Notes under the pieces: model-generated
Told to the model about the DNA's origin: nothing
Databases searched by the model: none
What the model saw: the letters and a program-made list of their open reading frames with translations, nothing else
In this document: piece by piece, positions 25,854 through 38,050 of the stretch
Numbering within the stretch: the stretch's first letter is position 1
How the letters are laid out: each line of letters opens with the position of its first letter
DNA from: Eledone cirrhosa
Lineage: Eukaryota
DNA: 64,000 nt
Assembly: GCA_964016885.1 (NCBI GenBank)
Contig: OZ024762.1
Coordinates: 18,724,001 to 18,788,000 of the forward strand
Direction of reading: 5' to 3'
Translations under genes and position numbers: made by a program

Positions 25854-25975
25854 AATAAATCTTATTCGTCGCACCACTGATTCTCCGTTTCTTATGTGAT
25901 ATTATACTCTGCTCTGTAAGAGCATCGAGTGCTCAAACGGCATACCGCTTACGGACGCTTTAAGCATCCCACACC

Positions 25976-26027
<52 letters not shown>

Positions 26028-26031
<4 letters not shown>

Positions 26032-26135
26032 ACGATATTAACAAATGGAAACTATATTTATAAAACCATATTTAAATATAGTTTCCATTTGTTAATATCG
26101 TATATCTACTCCAAATATTTGTCGAGTGCTTTATA
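26028..26135. repeat. Short inverted repeat (~30-bp arms) plus tail beside (TA)n
   Basis: TACGATATTAACAAATGGAAACTATATTTA / TAAATATAGTTTCCATTTGTTAATATCGTA. Confidence 0.8.
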
Positions 26136-26225
26136 TCAGTTATAAAAATATTTACTTGTTGTATCCCAACAATTTAAATAGAACTTTTGCATATATAATA
26201 TATATAAAGAGAGAGAGAGGGGGTG

Positions 26226-26264
<39 letters not shown>

Positions 26265-26799
26265 CGATAAATAAATAGATAGATTGATGGAACAAATCGA
26301 CTGTGGTGCGCCCAAGGGAGGAGTGGGTTTCACCATATTTAAAATACCCAAAGAAACGCTAATGTGTAACGACAGCGTCCCTATAAATCCATCAAGAGTT
26401 AAGGGCCCATGAAATTAATTTTTATTATTTTTTTTTTCCATTTTGTGGTGATGATTTTGGTAATGACAGATGATGATAACCATCATAATAACCATCATCA
26501 TAAACATAATGACCAGCAACACCAACAATATCGCCATTATTATTATCACCGCCGCCATCTTGCAAAATTTTGCATGACAAATTAAACCGAGCTTGTTAAT
26601 TTTTCGCTTCGAACACAAGGTTTTTTTTCTATTTTCAACGTTTAAAAATTCTCTTTAATATCTCCGGTGTTTTCCGTTTTGTGTGAAAAAATGGGGAATA
26701 GGTTTGTACCATGTAAGTCAACATCATCACAACAAACACCACTACCATACAATACCAATACCAACGCCATTAGCATAACCAAGCCCCACCACCAAAAAT

Positions 26800-27445
26800 A
26801 AACACACATATATATATATATATACACACACAAAATATATTTACATAATATATATATACATACATCTAGACTTACACATACATATATATATATATACACA
26901 TACATATACACATACTTACATATATATATATACACATATATACATACATACAAACATATATACATACATATATAAATACATATACACATATACACATATA
27001 CACATATACATATGCACTTATACATATGCACTTATACATATACATATATATACACAACACACACATATATATATACATACATGCACACTTATACACAATT
27101 ACATATATATACACAACACCTATATATATATACATACTTATACACATATACACATATATACATACATACATACACATATACATATATACACAACGCACAC
27201 ATATATATATACATACATACTTATACACATATACATATATATACACAAAACACACGGTCTCTCTCTCGCTCTCTCTCTCGCTCTCTCTCTCGCGTGAAAC
27301 TAAACACCATACCATTTGTACTGCCTCTCCGTTTTTTGTTCTCTGTCCATTTATTCAACTATACATATATACATACATATACACAACACACACACACATA
27401 TATATATACACACAACACACACACATGTATATATATACATATATG

Positions 27446-27519
<74 letters not shown>

Positions 27520-27642
27520 ATATTAATAAATATTTGCTCTACGGTTCTTATATATCTGATATATATTTATCCTTATCGAGCCCTCTTTGGATTTTAGTCT
27601 TCAAATTTATTATTATTACTATATATATATATATATATATAA

Positions 27643-27690
<48 letters not shown>
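26800..27690. repeat. (CA)/(TA)/(TACA) compound microsatellite containing a family B fragment (27520-27621)
   Basis: Direct inspection. Confidence 0.9.
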
Positions 27691-27694
<4 letters not shown>

Positions 27695-28230
27695 TGTGAA
27701 TTCATTAGTAGTTGATGTTTAAATCTTCAAATATGTTAACACACACAGATAAATATTTAATGATTTCAACAGAAAAAATTATTACAATCAAGCGAAAACA
27801 TTCATTAAGTAGACATGTGGAACTATGTGAAATATTAATTGGAACAACAGCTTCCTATTATTTCAATTATAATTCCATATATATATATATATATATATAT
27901 ATGGAATACTGTTAGCCTCTCGCTACAATTTCTATACTTTTCATTTATATATATAAATGTATTCTATTTTCTCCTAGTTTATTTTAAACCTAATTCTGTT
28001 TAGTTGACTATATCTAGGCGATTACGCTGTCGAAATATTCGATAAATGTTCCGCTACGGCCGACGCGAAGCGCTAGTTTTGGTTATTTGTCGGAGATTCC
28101 TTCATAGAAGCCTCATTCGTATAGCCTGGTCTATTCGATTTTTTTTATATAGTTAATTATGCTAATTGGGAGAGGAAATAGTATATATTTTATCTTGTGA
28201 TTCTATAGACATGTTTTAAGATATATATAT

Positions 28231-28421
28231 ATAGGAACAAGTAAGACCCCGACGGCTGAGCTCAAGCCGTTTCGACGGCTAATTCTGGACAGAATTAGCC
28301 GTCGAAACGGCTTGAGCTCAGCCGTCGGGGTCTTACTTGTTCCTATTCCCCACTCTACTACCCTAAGTATTGAGTATTTTGTGCGTTATGGTCCACCTGG
28401 TTCCTTACCACATTTCCTTCG

Positions 28422-28423
<2 letters not shown>
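28231..28423 (+). mobile_element. Family A inverted unit with tail
   Basis: ~57-bp arms around GGAC, then ~75-nt tail ending CCTTCGTT; (TA)n on both sides. Confidence 0.8.
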
Positions 28424-28454
<31 letters not shown>

Positions 28455-28499
28455 ATGGAATACTGTTAGCTTCTCGCTACAACAATTTCTATACATTTC

Positions 28500-28535
<36 letters not shown>

Positions 28536-28570
28536 GGGGTAACAAATTATTGTTATAGGTAGTGCACTTT

Positions 28571-28689
28571 CTCACAAGCTCCGATGAATTGACTGGTTAT
28601 AACTTTGTATTGGTGATCGAATAACGTGAAAATAAGCGGGTAGCGATCTCTAGACCTACCAGTTCAGAGAAACAATTGTCAGCAATGAG
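28571..28689 (+). ncRNA. Variant type I hammerhead (CCGATGA core, 81-nt stem II)
   Basis: CTCACAAGCT-CCGATGA-ATTGACTGGT...ACCAGTTCAGA-GAAA-CAATTG-TC-AGCAATGAG. Palindromic stem III, GTC site. Confidence 0.65.
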
Positions 28690-28758
28690 ATTAAAAACCT
28701 TTTTTGTATAGCAAACCGTGTCACTCTTCTTTCCTGATATATATATATATATATATAT

Positions 28759-28926
28759 ATAGGAACGAGTAGGACCCCGACGGCTGAGCTCAAGAATTAA
28801 CCGTCGAAACGGCTTGAGCTCAGCCGTCGGGGTCCTACTCGTTCCTATTACCCACTCTACTACCCTAAGTATTGAGTACTTTGGTGTGTTATGGTCCACC
28901 CGATTCCTTACCACATTTCCTTCGTT
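28759..28926 (+). mobile_element. Family A inverted unit with tail
   Basis: Same sequence as 28231-28423 with a shorter left arm; in (TA)n. Confidence 0.8.
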
Positions 28927-28961
28927 ATATATATATATATATATATAATATAGAAAAGGCT

Positions 28962-29004
28962 TCTACAGGACTAGAACTGTTTCATTCGGGAGAAATCATC
29001 AGGA
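28962..29004 (-). ncRNA. Hammerhead-like motif
   Basis: Minus strand: TC-CTGATGA-TTTC TCCC GAAT-GAAA-CAG TTCTAGTC CTG-TA-GA. Weak stem I. Confidence 0.5.
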
Positions 29005-29129
29005 CTTTCTATATTAAATATTTATACCCAGCTTTGTATTGAGTACCTTACTTACTGTGGCTACCCCCGATTGAACCCGGTTCAAGTTATTACACCTGAC
29101 GGAATGACGTAGTTCTTTGAGAACAGGGA

Positions 29130-29403
29130 ATGCCAATTGATGATGGATCAGCTGTCTCTGAGACAAATATAAAGAATAGAGTTTTGTCCTGCAGAAGAGA
29201 CATTAAAATCGACATTTTGAATGTGAGGACTGTTGGGACATTGCAGAAGAGAAAGGAGTTGAGTCATCTGTTCGAGGAGAGTGGTACGCAGGTAATTGCG
29301 ATCCAAGAACACAAGATTCTACAAGATGAAGAGAAGGATGATTGGAAAGAGGAACCAGCTCATCAGCACATTAGTAGTGAAGAACACAACTAATGCTGCA
29401 GTA
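29130..29403 (+). pseudogene. RTE-type LINE APE N-terminal fragment
   Basis: IDILNVRT..ELSHLFEESGTQVIAIQEHK (NVRT and QE motifs), frameshifted, cut by a SINE. Confidence 0.7.
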
Positions 29404-29404
29404 A

Positions 29405-29620
29405 TAATTGTTTCTACTTTAGGCACAAGGTTAGCAATTTTGGTGGAAGGGAAAGTCGATTAAATTGACCGCAGTGCATTACTGGTACTTTATTTATTGA
29501 CTCCGTAAGGATGAAATGAAAGGTAAAGCTAGCCTCGGTGGGATTTGAACTAATCGATCCGGAACTAATACCGCGAATCATTCTATGCGACGTTCTGACA
29601 ATTCTGCCTATTCACCACCT
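29405..29620 (-). mobile_element. SINE family 1
   Basis: Reverse complement of the family consensus. Confidence 0.82.
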
Positions 29621-29884
29621 GTATCATTATATACCATAATGACAGTTATAACCTACATAGCGTAATGACATATAACCTTTGCTAATGATTAATCACTTGG
29701 TTAGTGAGTTGTAATTGGTATTTAATGGGTCAGTGCTTAGTTCCGGTTAGATGACACTGAGTGTGAGAGATAAATCTTATCGCTGTATCCCATGTCACTT
29801 CACAAACACATCGATGATTTAATGTTTATTAGAGAAGGGCGCATGTCCCAGAAACTCAATGAAATGCCCAGAACGAGCTTAAAT

Positions 29885-30095
29885 ACTTCTTTTTCTTTTT
29901 TCCTTTTTCTATTTTCTTTTTCTATTTTCTTTTTCTATTTTCTTTTTCTATTTTCTTTTTCTATTTTCTTTTTCTATTTTCTTTTTCTATTTTCTTTTTC
30001 TATTTTCTTTTTCTATTTTCTTTCTTCTTTCTTTCTTTTTTCTTTTCTTCTTCCTTTCTTCTTCCTTTCTTCTTCTTTTCTCCTTTTTCTTTTTC
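29885..30095. repeat. Polypyrimidine (TTTTCTA/TTTTC/CTT) tract
   Basis: Direct inspection. Confidence 0.92.
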
Positions 30096-30295
30096 CTGAG
30101 AGGGATGTAGAACTGTCTTCTCGTGAGTCCTGTCAGAACCAACCATCTCCGACTGATCCGGCTGGATACTTAAGCAAGATCAGTCAAGCTCATGGGTGTT
30201 ATCCAACCATCTAGCGCGGCACCTGCCTCTGGGTCTCCTGCCTGTTGTTACCCGTAAAGCTGTGGTCGACCTCAGTTGCTTTCTACGTGTAAAAT

Positions 30296-30605
30296 TAATG
30301 TTCTAATTTTGGCACAAGGCCAGCAATTTGAAGTGAAGAGAAAAGTCGATTAGATCGACCCCCAGCGCATAACCGGTACTTTATTTTATTGACCTCGTAA
30401 GGATGAAAGGCAAAGCTAACCTCGATAGGATGTGATCTCGGAACATATGCTGCAAATCATCTCCGGCGCTCTACCGATTCTGCCAATCACCCACCTTTAA
30501 TAATGGTTTCTGACTTTGGCACAAGGGACAACAATTTTAGAGGAGGGGAAAATTGATCAAATCGACCTCAGGGCATTACTGGTACTTTATCTTATAAAAG
30601 TTGAC
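30296..30605 (-). mobile_element. Two adjacent SINE family 1 copies (second partial)
   Basis: TTTTGGCACAAGG..GTACTTTAT..GGATGAAAGGCAAAG. Confidence 0.8.
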
Positions 30606-31204
30606 TTCATTAAAAGACAGACAAATAATGTGCAGTGATGTTCTTCAGTTCTCCGGAAGAAGTCAATTGCCACGAGAATTTAATAGGCTAACGTTTCGGG
30701 CTTTTGTTCTTCGTCTCTGAGTGAGAAAAGCGAGAAGAAAACAGTGATGTCGATTTGTCTACGAATGTTCTTTTACTTAATTAGCTGATGTTTAGCCATC
30801 CTGGCTAAGCACAGCCATGAGTACCTTCTTGAGATATGGGTCAGTTTAAGGTGATATTCTTTTACATAATTACGTGAATGTTAGCCCTCACAGCTCAAGC
30901 CACACTAAAGTACCGCCTTCAGACAGATGTCAGATTGAGGTGATTCTTCTTTGAAAATTGATTTCGATTTCAGATTTAAATTCTGAGAAACATTGCTTCA
31001 GGATATCATTGGCAAATCCAAAGACATTTCTAACCATTATTGCTGTAGGAAAACAAAGAGAAATTTTTTTTTTTCCCCCCAGGAATTTTGTGGTAAAACG
31101 CACAAAACCAACAGCGCCTCCCTCTCCTCTACTGATCGCAGACAACATGCTTACACATATATACGAGTATATATGTATGCATATCTAATATATATTCTCT
31201 CGCA

Positions 31205-31205
31205 C

Positions 31206-31259
<54 letters not shown>

Positions 31260-31490
31260 TATATTCAAACATATATAAAGGTGTATATAGATTTACATAA
31301 ATACATACACACTCAAAATCACACGTACACACACACACATATATATATATATATAAGCACATAAACATGTATATACGCACACGCACACACAAACACACAC
31401 ATATATACATGTACATATATATATATATATATATATACACATACATACATACACACATACATACACACATACATATATACACACACACAC

Positions 31491-31539
<49 letters not shown>

Positions 31540-31706
31540 TATACACACATACACATATACACACATACATATATACACACATACATACACACACACATAC
31601 ATACATACATACATACATACACACACACACATACACACACACATACACACACACATATACACACACATATATACACACATACATACACACATACATACAT
31701 ACATAT
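31205..31706. repeat. (CA)/(TA) compound microsatellite
   Basis: Direct inspection. Confidence 0.93.
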
Positions 31707-31844
31707 GTAGGTACTGTCAGTCTCTATACTACTGGTAGTTTCTCTCGAGGGGGGCCACGTTAAATGAAACAATGCAAAATTTAAACCATTTTACCAGAGG
31801 CTGAATATTTTAAACAGTTACATCATTATTGTATATTTTTATAC

Positions 31845-32384
31845 CCCCCTCTCTCCCTCTCTCTCGCTCACTCCCTCTCTCTCTCTCTCTCGCTCACTCC
31901 CTCCCTTTCTCTCGCTCACTCCCTCCCTTTCTCTCGCTCACTCCCTCCCTCTCTCTCGCTCACTCCCTCCCTCTCTCTCGCTCACTCCTCCCTCTCTCTC
32001 GCTCACTCCTCCCTCCCTCTCTCTCGCTCACTCCTCCCTCGCTCGCTCGCTCCCTCCCTCCCTCTCGCTCGCTCCCTTCCTCCCGCTCGCTCGCTCCCTC
32101 CCTCCCTCCCGCTCGCTCGCTCCCTCCCTCCCTCCCCCTCTCTCGCTCGCTCCCCCCCCTCCCCCTCTCTCGCTCGCTCCCTCCCTCGCCCTCGCTCGCT
32201 CCCTCCCTCCCTCTCGCTCCCTCTCGCTCGCTCGCTCACTCACTCACTCACTCACTCACGCTCGCTCTCGCCCCCCTCTCTCTCTCGCTCGCTCTCTCTC
32301 TCTCCCTCTCTCTCGCGCTCGCTCTCGCTCCCTCCCTCTCTCGCTCCCTCCCTCTCTCGCTCCCTCCCTCTCTCGCTCCCTCCC
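31845..32384. repeat. (CTCG)/(CTCC)/(CT) pyrimidine-rich tract
   Basis: Direct inspection. Confidence 0.93.
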
Positions 32385-32760
32385 ATGTATGAATGACTCG
32401 TAAATCCTGATGAGGTCGGAGGGGTACCTTCGTAACATGCGGTATATTTTGGGTATTAGTTTTGAAGAACTGGTGAAGTTCATCTATTTCCCATGTCTGA
32501 ACACAGCCAATTTCTCAGAGAGAGAGATAAAGGGAAGAAAGCGATATAGAGAAAGAATTGACTCCAGACCTGGAGTAAACGCCCTTCCTTCTTCCTCCCA
32601 TAACTCTTGAGATAGTGTCAGAGCTGCCGTAACGACATACAGCGTTTCTAGAGCATTTTAAACATGGCGGAGCCCATCACCTCTCCAGGTTTGGATACCA
32701 CAGATTTCTTTCAGAGAATGAAAGTGATAGAATTGAAGTGAGAAAGAGATATAAAAGAAG

Positions 32761-33685
32761 AATCGATCCCAGTACTAGACTGATATTTTTTTTTTTTATC
32801 AAACTCGATCCCAGTACTAGACTGATATTTTTTTTGTATCAAACTCGATCCCAGTACTAGACTGATATTTTTTTTTTATCAAACTCGATCCCAGTACTAG
32901 ACTGATATTTTATTTTTTTTTATCAAACTCGATCCCAGTACTAGACTGATATTTTATTTTTTTTTATCAAACTCGATCCCAGTACTAGACTGATATTCTT
33001 TTTTTTATCAAACTCGATCCCAGTACTAGACTGATATTTTTTTTTTTATCAAACTCGATCCCATTACTAGACTGATATTTTTTTTTTTATCAAACTCGAT
33101 CCCAGTACTAGACTGATATTTTTTTTTTTTGTCAAACTCGATCCCAGTACTAGACTGATATTTTTTTTTTTTATCAAACTCGATCCCATTACTAGACTGA
33201 TATTTTTTTTTTTTATCAAACTCGATCCCAGTACTAGACTGATATTTTTTTTTATCAAACTCGATCCCTGTACAAGACTGATATTTTTTTTGTATCAAAC
33301 TCGATCCCAGTACTAGACTGATATTTTTTTTGTATCAAACTCGATCCCAGTACTAGACTGATATTTTTTTTTATCAAACTCGATCCCAGTAGTAGACTGA
33401 TATTTTTTTTTATCAAACTCGATCCCAGTACTAGACTGATATTTTTTTTGTTAAACTCGATCCCAGTACTAGACGGATATTTTATTTTTTTATCTCGATC
33501 CCAGTACTAGACTGATATTTTTTTGTATCAAACTCGATCCCAGTACTAGACTGATATTTTTTTAAATCAAACTAGATCCCAGTACTAGACTGATATTTTT
33601 TTGTATCAAACTCGATCCCAGTACTAGACTGATATTTATTTTGTATCAAACTCGATCCCAGTACTAGACTGATATTTTTTTTATC
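32761..33685. repeat. ~38-43-bp minisatellite (AAACTCGATCCCAGTACTAGACTGATA-Tn-ATC), ~23 units, SINE-derived
   Basis: Constant core with a variable T run; runs directly into SINE sequence at 33686. Confidence 0.93.
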
Positions 33686-33790
33686 AAAAGGATGAAAGGC
33701 AAAGTTGACCTCGACGGGATTTGAACTGAGTGAGCAGAGAACCAGAACGAATACTGCAAAACATTCCATCCGACGTTCTAACGACTCAAT
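33686..33790 (-). mobile_element. SINE family 1-related head, contiguous with the minisatellite
   Basis: AAGGATGAAAGGCAAAGTTGACCTCGACGGGATTTGAAC. Confidence 0.8.
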
Positions 33791-34319
33791 TCGGCGTCTA
33801 AAGATAACCATATGCAATATTAAATACATATACGAGGATTGGCTGAAACATTGAGAGGCTGACCAAGATACTCTCATCGAATGACCAAATGAGGTTTAAT
33901 TTGTCAATATAGTCACTGAAAAACAAATGCAGTTATTAATATGTAGAGTTGTTAAAATTATATAGAGAAATAGATAGAGAAATAGATAGATAGATAAATA
34001 AATAGATAGATAGATAAATAAATAGTTAGATAGATAGATAGATAGATAGATAAATAGTTAGAAAGGTAGATAGATACATATAGAGGGGGAAATACAGTGG
34101 GACAGAAAGAGAGGAGTGTCATTTTTTATCGAAATACGAGTGTCGGCTGTCCTTCATTAGCTGACCAAGATACTGTCATGGAGTTTATTTTTCAACAAAG
34201 TCCCTGGAAAGAAACCATACAGTTATTGATAGAGTTGTTGAAATTAATGCATGCAATATTTCACAGCTCTAGCATCACTGCTTCATAGTCAACCTATAAA
34301 CTTTTCAGTCGACCCCCGT

Positions 34320-34668
34320 AGTTCAAATCCCGCCGAGGTTAGCTTTGCTTTTCACCCTTATAGGGTCGATAAAATAAAGTACCAGTAACGCACTGGGGTC
34401 GATTCAATCGACTTTCCTCTCCCCAAAATTGTTGGCCTTGTGTCTAAATCAGAAATCATTAATAAGAGTCTTTGAAATTAATTGTTTCTACTTTTGGCAC
34501 TAGGCCAGCAATTATATCAGTGTATTACTGGTATTTTATTTTATCGACCCCGTAAGGATGAAAGGCAAAGTTAACCTAGGCGGGTTTTGAAGTCAGACCA
34601 TAAAAGGGCTGTAACTCTTTGCTGCAAATCATGGCGTCCGACCCTCTACCGATACTGCCAATCCACCA
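34320..34668. mobile_element. Tail-to-tail SINE family 1 pair (+34320-34460, -34480-34668)
   Basis: Consensus on both strands; CTTTGAAATT(T)AAT duplicated around the second copy. Confidence 0.85.
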
Positions 34669-34671
34669 GAC

Positions 34672-34979
34672 TTTGAAATTAATACATGGAAGATTTCACA
34701 GCCCTAGCATCACTCCTTCATAGTGAGCCTATAAACTTTCCAGCCTACGTCCATGGAACGAAACAATGTAGTTATTAGTAAGAAGAATTGTTGAAATTAA
34801 TGCATGGAAGATTTCACAGCCCTAACATCACTCCTTCATAGTGAGCCTATAAACTTTCCAGCCTACGTCCATGGAACGAAACAATGTAGTTATTAGTAAG
34901 AAGAATTGTTGAAATTTATGCATGGAAGATTTCACAGCTCTAGCATCACTTCTTCATAGTGAGCCTATAAACTTTCCAT
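34672..34979. repeat. ~119-bp tandem repeat (2.6 units); related unit at 34235-34310
   Basis: GAAGATTTCACAGCCCTAGCATCACTCCTTCATAGTGAGCCTATAAACTTTCCA repeated. Confidence 0.88.
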
Positions 34980-35299
34980 AGACTATAGTCGCCAGAGAGC
35001 AAGTGATTAGTGCCTTAGTATAATTGTAGTTGTTTTACGACATATTATCGGAAGTTATGAGAGTCTTCTAATGATAACGACGGCCATGTTAATATTATCG
35101 ATAAGGGGTGATTCCTTAATTAGGCGTAAAATAGTCAATGAAGCACGTACAATCGAATTGCATTAAGCAGACGATAATTAATGAACGGTATTTGTAATGA
35201 AATCAATTTTCATCAACGCCCTACAATGATTACCACAGAACGAATATCAATTAATGTAGACCTGTGTCTGGATTTCTGCATAATTTTGCGTGTCATCTG

Positions 35300-36335
35300 C
35301 TGTGTGTGTGTGAGGGGGGGGGGCGTGTGTATGTGTGTCTGTCTGTGTGTATATGTGTGGGTGGGGCTGGTGGGGTGGGGGAATGTGTGTGTGGGGGCGT
35401 GTATGAGTGTGTCTGTGTGTATGTGTGGGTGGGGCTGGGTGTGTGTGTATGTGTGGGTGGGGCTGGGGGGGGGGGGCATGTGTGTGTGTGTGGAGGCGTG
35501 TATGAGTGTCTGTCTGTGTGTTTGTTTGTCGTGTCTGTGTGTGTATGTATATGTGGGTGTGGGTGGGTGGGTGTATGTGTTTGAGTCGTGTCTGTGTGTG
35601 GGTGGGGGGTGGGGGTCTTTGTGTCGTATGTGTGTATGCGTGTCTGTGTGTCTGTGTTGGTGTATTTGTGTTTGTATATATGAGTGTGTGTGTGTGTATG
35701 TATGTTTGTGTGTGTATGTATGTATGTATGTATGTATGTACGTACGTATGTTTGTTTGTGAGTTGTGTGTGTGGGTGTATTTGTGTTTAAATATATATAT
35801 GATTGTGTGTATGTAGGTATGTATGTGTTCGTGTCATGTGTGTGTGTACGTATGTATGTGTTCGTGTCGTGTGTATATGTATGTTTGTGTGTATGTACTT
35901 ATGTATGTATGTATGTTTGTGAGTCATGTGTGTGTATGGGTGTTTGTGTCGTATGTGTTTATGCTTGTGTGTGTATGTATGTACGTATGTGTTCATGTCG
36001 TGTGTATATGTGTGTGTTTGTATGTGTGAGTGAGTGCGTATGTATGTATGGGTGTTTGTGTCGTATGTGTGTATGCTTGTGTGTGTGTATGTATGTACGT
36101 ATGTGTTCGTGTCGTGTGTATATGTATGTGTGTTTGTATGTGTGAGTGTGTATGTATGTATGTATGGGTGTTTGTGTTGTATGTGTGTATGCTTGTGTGT
36201 GTGTGTATGTATCTACGTATGTTTGTGTCGTGTGTATATGTGTGTGTTTGTGTCGTGTGTACATGTATGTGTGTGTTTGTATGTGTGAGTGAGTGTATGT
36301 GTGTGTGTATGTAGGTGTTTATGTATGGGTATGTA
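35300..36335. repeat. GT-rich degenerate micro/minisatellite
   Basis: Direct inspection. Confidence 0.9.
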
Positions 36336-36529
36336 ACTCTATGACCTGTCTCAAACCCCCTTCTTTCCCCCACCACTACCAAACACCCTGATATATGCTT
36401 TTACGGGCCATGTATTATTGCTATACACAAACTTTTAAATTTGATTACGGGCTACACATAATGTAGTTACACTAACTATGCATTACTGGCTTCCGAAATC
36501 ACTGTATTCTACAGCTAATTTTAGAAACA

Positions 36530-36949
36530 CATACATATATATACATATATCTATGTATGTATATGTATATGTACGTATATATGGATGTATGTATATGTAT
36601 ATATGTATGTGTGTATATGTATGTGTGTATATGTATATATAATATGTATATATGTATGTGTGAGTATGTATATGTATCTGTGAATATGTATATATGTATG
36701 TGTGAGTATGTATATGTATCTGTGAATATGTATATATGTATGTGTGAGTATGTATATGTATCTGTGAATATGTATATATGTATGTGTGAGTATGTATATG
36801 TATCTGTGAATATGTATATATGTATGTGTGAGTATGTATATGTATCTGTGAATATGTATATATGTATGTGTGAGTATATGTATGTGTGTGTATATGTATG
36901 TGTGAGTATATGTATATATGTGTGTGTGTGTACATGACTGTATATGTAC

Positions 36950-36993
<44 letters not shown>

Positions 36994-37025
36994 ATATGAA
37001 TATATGTGTATATGTGTATATATGT
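36530..37025. repeat. TATG-rich tract with a 42-bp minisatellite (~36642-36875)
   Basis: AATATGTATATATGTATGTGTGAGTATGTATATGTATCTGTG repeated ~5.5 times. Confidence 0.9.
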
Positions 37026-37157
37026 ACAGAAAAAGTGTAGTAAGGAACCAGGTGGACCATAACACACCAGAGTACTCGATACCTATGGTAGGAGAGTGAG
37101 TAATAGGAAAGTAGTCAGGACCCCGACGGCTGAGCTCCGTCGTTTCGACAGCTAGAT
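37026..37157 (-). mobile_element. Diverged family A unit (no inverted arm)
   Basis: GTAAGGAACCAGGTGGACCATAAC..GGACCCCGACGGCTGAGCTC. Confidence 0.75.
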
Positions 37158-37198
<41 letters not shown>

Positions 37199-37252
37199 CT
37201 CTGATACCATCAACACTATACACAAAGAGCTGGCATATCTAAGAACTGACTA

Positions 37253-37308
37253 ACTGCCTGATGAGGTCATAGCCATTCAATGGCTATCATCGAAATATAT
37301 ATAGCAGT
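37253..37308 (+). ncRNA. Type I hammerhead related to that of the large PLE, in a ~155-bp solo end within (TA)n
   Basis: ACTGC-CTGATGA-GGTCATAGCCA TTCAA TGGCTATCATC-GAAA-TATATA-TA-GCAGT then AATAAA. Confidence 0.85.
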
Positions 37309-37376
37309 AAATAAAGGATTATGAGTTCATGCAATTGACTTATGTTTCGTCACTATATATATATATATATATATAT

Positions 37377-37584
37377 AACGAAGGAAATGTGGTAAGGAAC
37401 CAGGTGGACCATAACGCACCAAAGTACTCAATACTTAGGGTAGTAGAGTGGGTAATAGGAACGAGTAGGACCCCGACGGCTGAGCTCAAGCCGTTTCGAC
37501 GGCTAATTCTGGACGGCTAATTGAGTCCAGAATTAGCCGTCGAAACGGCTTGAGCTCAGCCGTCGTTGTCCTACTCGTTCCTAT
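37377..37584 (-). mobile_element. Family A inverted unit with tail
   Basis: Tail plus ~60-bp inverted arms; (TA)n on both sides. Confidence 0.8.
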
Positions 37585-37604
37585 ATATATATATATATAT
37601 AATG

Positions 37605-38050
37605 TTTATAGACATAGAAGACGACACCCACTTCACCTATCTGGGCACAATCTTGGCAAACAATGGCGCCGCAATTTTCAAGTCTTGTCGTCTTTATGCA
37701 TCAGCACCAGAACGAAGCTGCGTCTGTACAAGAGCATCGTGCTGCCGCCGACAGTGCTTTACGTGAGGGAAACCTGGAAGAGCACAGCAAAGATAGAGAG
37801 ACGGATGAGCACTTTCCACCAGCAGTTGCCTGTGTGTAGGAACCTTCGTGTGTCCTGGCGAAACCGAGTGCGGAACGAGGAAATCCTGCGGAGAGTAGTG
37901 GACATTGCAGAGGATGTTCACGGAGCACCGGACCGCTGGAACCTGGTTAGCCTTCTGCGTCTGCCCAACGAACAACACTCGAAAACGGCGATGAACTGGA
38001 CTCCACCTGGCGGCAAAGGGAAACGGGGTTGCCCCAGGATCACCTGGTGA
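37605..38050 (+). pseudogene. RTE-type LINE 3' fragment
   Basis: HFTYLGTILANNG; TKLRLYKSIVLP.TVLY..ETW; VSWRNRVRNEEILRR; WTPPGGKGKRGCPRITW. Confidence 0.85.

Noticed and set aside
26415-26618. Short hydrophobic ORF with AAGATGGCGGC (YY1/Kozak-like)
   Set aside because: Built from ATC/ACC trinucleotide low complexity, with no supporting exon structure.
32404-32448. CTGATGAGG..GTAAC hammerhead candidate
   Set aside because: GAAA absent and stems I and III unconvincing.
32761-33685. CRISPR-like array
   Set aside because: No unique spacers, only variable T runs; eukaryotic context, no cas genes, SINE-derived.
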